A DNA stretch of 64,000 bases from Octopus vulgaris (taxonomy: Eukaryota), in NCBI GenBank assembly GCA_951406725.2, contig OX597814.1, positions 157,046,001 to 157,110,000 of the forward strand, written 5' to 3'. Made by a program: the position numbers and the translations under genes. How positions within the stretch are numbered: the first letter of the stretch is position 1; each line of letters starts with the position of its first letter. Shown piece after piece: positions 58,790-64,000 of the stretch. The notes under the pieces were generated by a model. The model was not told the origin of the DNA. It ran no database searches and worked only from the letters and a program-made list of their open reading frames with translations.

Positions 58790-60428
58790 ATAGCTTGTTA
58801 AGCAAGCTTGTATTTTTTGTTGCTTCTCTACCTGCACGAGAAATGGAGGTGGAGATGCCAGGTGCAGAGAAAAGTGGAAGCTACGCAGCAGTAGCCGGTC
58901 AAATGAATGTACCTATTGATAAACTGCGAAAATGTAAGAAGTTTACCGAAAAGGAGGGAGGCAAAGTAAAGCTGACTTCTCCTCAAGACTTGTTAGTAGA
59001 AGTGGAAATGAAAACTGTTATTTACAGGACACTCAACACGAAAGAATGAAAAATGGAAGTAGCGGAAGAGGAGGATATTGAAAGTTGTCTGGAATATATT
59101 AAGGACAAAGTAACTTCTTACACTCGTGGAAAGAAATTCGATACAGTAGAGGTGAGATTCATCTCAACAGAAGAAGCAGTAAGAACTTCACTGTACCTAT
59201 TGGAAATGAGGAATGAAAGCTCCTGCCTCCTTACTTGGGTAGAAGAATAACCATTGTAAGGGTTGGTAGGTTTCCTCCGGAAATGAAGGAGGAATGGATA
59301 GCGGCGGCAGTCCTATCCACTACAAAAGAAAAGCTCAGCATAGAGTCAGCTACAAGAACGCAGAACTAAACTGCTGGGGATACAGCCATGAGTTGCTGGT
59401 TCAGATAACTCTGGCGGATATGAACGAGATTCCAGAAGTAATTGAACTCCCATATGAGGGAAAACTAAATGTTACAGTGGAGGAGCGATCCCTCATTTGC
59501 TACGGATGAAGACAGAAGGGGCACATAAAAAAGTGCCCCCGGATAAACAATGAAACTAGAGAAAACCTGTATGAACAAAGTCGGAGTACCGAAATGACAA
59601 GCCCAGCACAGGAGAATGTACGGAAGATACAGAAGAAGAGGGATTTACAGCAGTACCCAAAAGAAAGAGAAAGGAAACAGTGAATGCATCCCACTAAAAG
59701 TCAAATAAAGAAAAAGAAAAATAGTAAAACAGAAGACATTGTACAGCGAACACGCGATACACTAGACACTCACACAACAAATATCACCACCAGTAACACC
59801 AATACAAAAAAAGAAACCGACCCAGATAGTCCGAGTTCACCTTGTAGATAAACAGACAAGCATAACACACAGTCCCTGAAAAGGCCCCGTAAAAACAAAG
59901 CGCTTATTGTGACGTACACAAAAAAGCACGGCAACTGAACGAAAAATCACCAAGTTCAAATCGGTGATTAGAGTGAAATTATCGGTTGAAGAATATACAG
60001 AAAACACTAAACGTATACTAATAGACAAGGAAAGATATGCTAAATTAAAGGAATGGTTCGGGACAAACATAGACCCATTAGGAGTGGAGGTGGCATATGA
60101 TGAACCACCTCTAGTCGTGGACTATGACGATTTGAAACCGTATATATACAGGTAAAACAAGTAAGCAAGTTTTTAATATAAAATAGAAAAAACAAACGAA
60201 AGGACAACACAAATGCTACCACCAAAAAGAAAAAAAAGATATAAAAACGTTGATAAAGAACAGTTAAATGGTACTGTTCAAGAGCAGGGTTCGAGTAGCC
60301 ATCGTACCTTCATTTATTTTATAATTCATTTTCCTTCATTCATTTTTGTTTTATGTCACCGCATGTATTGTTCTGTCTCTCCTCGTGCCGTCCCATCTGT
60401 CTCGTCCTTCGTGCCTAATAAAGAAATA
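58790..60428 (+). mobile_element. ORF1-only L1/Tx1-like element, unit 1 (decayed)
   Basis: SYAAVA, YTRGKKFDTVEVRF, VRVGRFPPEM.EEW, CCHC-like ICYG*RQKGHIKKCP; pyrimidine-rich 3' end with AATAAA; no EN or RT. Confidence 0.65.
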
Positions 60429-61712
60429 GCAGAGGAAACTCGAGACTTGAACTGTTATTCTGGTTTCGCCTGCGGGTTTGTTTTTTGAATAACGTTCTTT
60501 TCCCCAGTTGGAGGTGAAGAATTTTGAAATGGAGTGTTCGCCAGAACACATCGGTTGTTGTGCGTTGGTAGTCACGCGAAAAACGCACTGGAAGTGCGAG
60601 AGGTAGTAATAGACCTCAAGAAGATTGGAAGTAACTGGGAGCTGCTCCAGAAGGAGGGGGAAAGCCTGCGACTGACTCCTCCGGAAGAAATGACCAATAG
60701 TACCAGGAGGACAGTGTGCTACAGAACGCTGTCCTTATCGAGTAAGAAAATTGAGATAGCGACGTAGGTGGGTATAGAAATATGCCTAGAAAATGTCAAG
60801 AGTGTAACTATATGCTACACCAGAGGAAGAAAGTACGGCAAAGTGGAGGTGAGGTTGACCACGGAAGAAGAGGCAATCAATCACTCCACTGTACCACTGA
60901 GATCACAGGAATGGGCGCTCCTGCCAACCTGCTGCGGCAAAAGAGTCGTGAGAATCAAGGTTGGCAGGATACCGCCAGAAATAGAGGAAGCATGGTTGGT
61001 AGTAGCCATAACTTATGAAACGGAAGAAATCAGAATGTTGCCAGTCACAAGAACTAAGAAGCTAAATTGTTGGAGTTATGGACTGGAAATGGTGGTCCAA
61101 GTCAGACAAGAAGAATTAAATGTGTTAACGGAAGAAATACTGCTCCAGTACCCCATGTAGTACTACATACCTAAATGCAGACAAACAAAACACACAGAAC
61201 CTCAAAAATCCCCCTAAGTCATATGGCTCCCATTATGATATACGCCAAAAGCACGTCAATCGAACGCATGATTACCAAGATTAATTAGATAATCAGAGTG
61301 AAATTTCTGGCTGAGGCGAAACCGGAATACACCAAATGTATATAAATAGACGGAGAAAAATACACAAAATTAAGATAAAATATTTGGTTCACTAATTGAC
61401 CCGTTAGGAGAGGAGGTGGAAACAGAACCCTACCTCCAGTCGTAGATTACAAAGACATAATACAGCACCTGAACTAGTAAATACAGTAAGTACAATTTTT
61501 ATTGATGAAAGTTTGATATAAAAAAAAAAAACTGAAAAAAACCCCAGTTAAATGTAACCACCCGAAAGTGGGACTCGAGTGGCCATTTCACTTTCATTTT
61601 TCATATAATTTTTTCTTTCATCCGTTTCTTGTTTTGTCCCCACTTGTATTGTTCTGTCTGTCCTTGTGCCGTCCACTCTGTGTTTCGGGTCTTTGTGCCT
61701 AATAAAGAATTA
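60429..61712 (+). mobile_element. ORF1-only L1/Tx1-like element, unit 2 (diverged paralogue, head-to-tail)
   Basis: YTRGRKYGKVEVRL, IKVGRIPPEIEEAW, LNCWSYG and IDPLGEEV match unit 1; same 3' end TGTATTGTTCTGTCT...GTGCCTAATAAAGAA. Confidence 0.65.
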
Positions 61713-63266
61713 AGCAGAGAAAAAGCCGAGAGTTGCGTATTGCCGAGAGTCAATACTAGTATCTTGAGTGGAACGATTTGCAAGTATTATTATCCCGTTA
61801 TATCGTACGTCGAACGTGCGATACAACAACTAGTAGGCTGTATGTTTATGGTAGTATAATAGTATGTGTAAGACATATTGACGATAGCAAATAAACTATT
61901 GACAACATGTACAATGACACAAAAAATGTAACACGATTGAAAAACAATAGATATTATTACATAAAAGCAAACATACGACAGTTGTATTGATAAAATCGAC
62001 ACCAGTATTTGATCTTGTTTCTGGTCTAGTGCTCATCTTAGAAACAATAATCTATACGTTTATTGAAAACTTACCTAGAGTTGTGCGTGTATAAGATTAG
62101 TTAATGTTGTTCCTGCTACGCATACGTGGTTAAGTGATTCTTTTGTTCGAAGGATTTAGGTCAACAGTAGAAAGTTAGTTTAACTGTAAGCGCGCACTCA
62201 TTGCTAACTTTCTCCCTCAGTCTCTCTGTCTCTCTCAATCTATCTCTCTTTCTCTGTCTCACTCTCTCTTATTCTCGCTTTCTTCATATCATGTAATGTG
62301 AGATGAAATATTTGGTAAATACACCTTAGTATCTGTCCCTTGTTATATTATACTACAAGATATTCCCGAAGTTTATGGTGAAATATTTGGGGAAATCTAA
62401 TGAAACAGTTCACAACTATTTTCGATTTCAGCGAAGACATTACGTCTGTAGATAGAACAAGAGAACAGTAGAATATCATTTGTAAATTTTGAGGTATTTC
62501 ATTAAAGAAATCCAGTAATGATATGAGTGTGAAGGTTAGTGTAATTAAAATGAAAGTATAATGAACCTGTGAGAGATGACAGTGCATGCAAGGTTACGAA
62601 ATAAACAACCATAATATTGTAATAAATGACTAAATTAAGAAATGCTGTGTGCACGCTATGCCATATACTTTGAATACAATAGAATGATAACACAGTGGTA
62701 ATATTTGCCCGGTTAAGACGCTATCTTGAGTTTAATTTCACTGTACAGTACCCTAAAATGTATTTTCTGTCATCTACGTTGAATAGAAAAAAGTGTAATT
62801 GAAATCTCTCTATGTTCGTTCGAACTTCTATGACGAACAGCCAAACCTCACTGAAATCACATCCTCGTCTTAGAGAAAGAACATATAAGATGATATATGT
62901 TCTAGAAAGCACTAAAACACATGAGATAATTCCGGTGGAAATGCCTTTGATCATATTCTATCAGGATTAACCATAGCTTCCACAACAACAAGAACAGCAA
63001 CAACAACACATTTAAGGGGAAAAGTAAATTAATCTGAAAGAAATATATGGAAAGCAAAATGTCAAAAACATAGTTAGGGATATGACTGATGCTGCTTCAA
63101 TTAGAAGAACATTCAGAATGGGTGGAAGGTAAAGAATAATAGAAGAGAAATACATAACTATTCTTTGAACAGTGGTTTCCTTGAAGAGGGTCTACTAGAG
63201 GCTGATGGAAGATATAAAAATATACACATCATGTAAAATAGAAAAGAATCTCAAAAAACTACTCAC

Positions 63267-63621
63267 GGGCTTGTAGCATGGTGTAAATACTGTTTGCAGG
63301 AATGTCGATGAACGATGAGGCACCAGGTAATTGCTTGATTTTACGCAGGATGCATACTTTCTCGGAAACGCTGTAAATAGTCATACCACATTCGGAATAT
63401 GTCATACAAAGAGAGAAGCACTCAATTCGTGATCGAATGTTTGACATCTGAATTAATTTGTCATCTTCTGGAATGGCATTTAGAGGAGGTGGAACACGAA
63501 TCCCATAATATTCTCTGAATGCTACATTAATGCCCAAGCATATTTGGAATAATAGCATTGAGAAAATAATTACGTAAACATTTGCTATATGAATGTCGTG
63601 ACTAACTGAGAAGCAAAGCAT
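63267..63621 (-). CDS. PAN/apple + C-type lectin gene, coding exon 1 (signal peptide + PAN-like domain)
   Basis: Hydrophobic VYVIIFSMLLFQICLG, then SRIECFSLCMTYSECGMTIYSVSEKVCIL (C-x3-C-x5-C..C PAN pattern); donor C|GTGAGT, phase 1. The three exons sum to 771 nt = 256 aa + stop. Alternative ATG at 63558. Confidence 0.85.
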
Positions 63622-63873
63622 ATTTGTTTACAATATTGTGATAGATGGAACTTCAAATGCTTTACTAGTTGTTAAAGGATTATCACTTCTCTCACAGAAG
63701 AAATCTCGTCTGCTTTATGTCTTTTGAAATAATCGTTCTGATTTTGCTTTTCGGTTTCTCTGTTATAGAAGCGAAAATGTTTCCTGAAACAAAAGAAAAG
63801 GCGTGACTGTCTTCTCAAAGCCCAACTCCGAGTACTAGAATGACAACCTTTTACTGTGTTTTCTAAATTATAT

Positions 63874-63904
<31 letters not shown>

Positions 63905-64000
63905 GATAATCTGCATGTTCATTCTCCCGTTATACATCAGTTAATTAGAGAGGTTGAGGTGGAGTGAGTGAGCGGTGAAGAGTGACAAATGGAGGAGGAG

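Overview
Repeat-saturated animal genomic DNA, most likely octopus or another cephalopod. This is inferred from the AT-richness, kilobase-scale (TA)n arrays and the style of the tRNA-derived SINEs, and it is not provable without a search. One host gene can be built by hand: a 3-coding-exon, minus-strand secreted PAN/apple + C-type lectin (63621-54428, 256 aa). Almost everything else is nested mobile DNA: CR1-group LINEs (three families), Penelope-like elements (PLEs), a Dong/R4-type element in an (AAT)n run, Helitrons, pogo and mariner remnants, SINEs, and tandem ORF1-only L1/Tx1-like units. Most ORF-track entries are microsatellite or antisense artefacts. Highlights: (1) a young (TA)n-embedded LINE family with two intact 1034-aa ORF2 copies, an ORF1 carrying Myb/SANT-like plus CCCH domains, a tandem-repeat 5' end and a conserved candidate -1 frameshift site that could fuse ORF1 to ORF2; (2) several type I hammerhead ribozyme (HHR) folds in PLE termini and in short non-coding foldback elements, with recurrent non-canonical cores (UUGAnGA, CCGAnGA); (3) a ~127-bp flank duplication around a LINE inserted in (TA)n; (4) a covarying 3' stem-loop shared by LINEs and a SINE; (5) a perfect 249-bp palindrome. 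All calls were made by eye, and boundaries of degraded elements are approximate.
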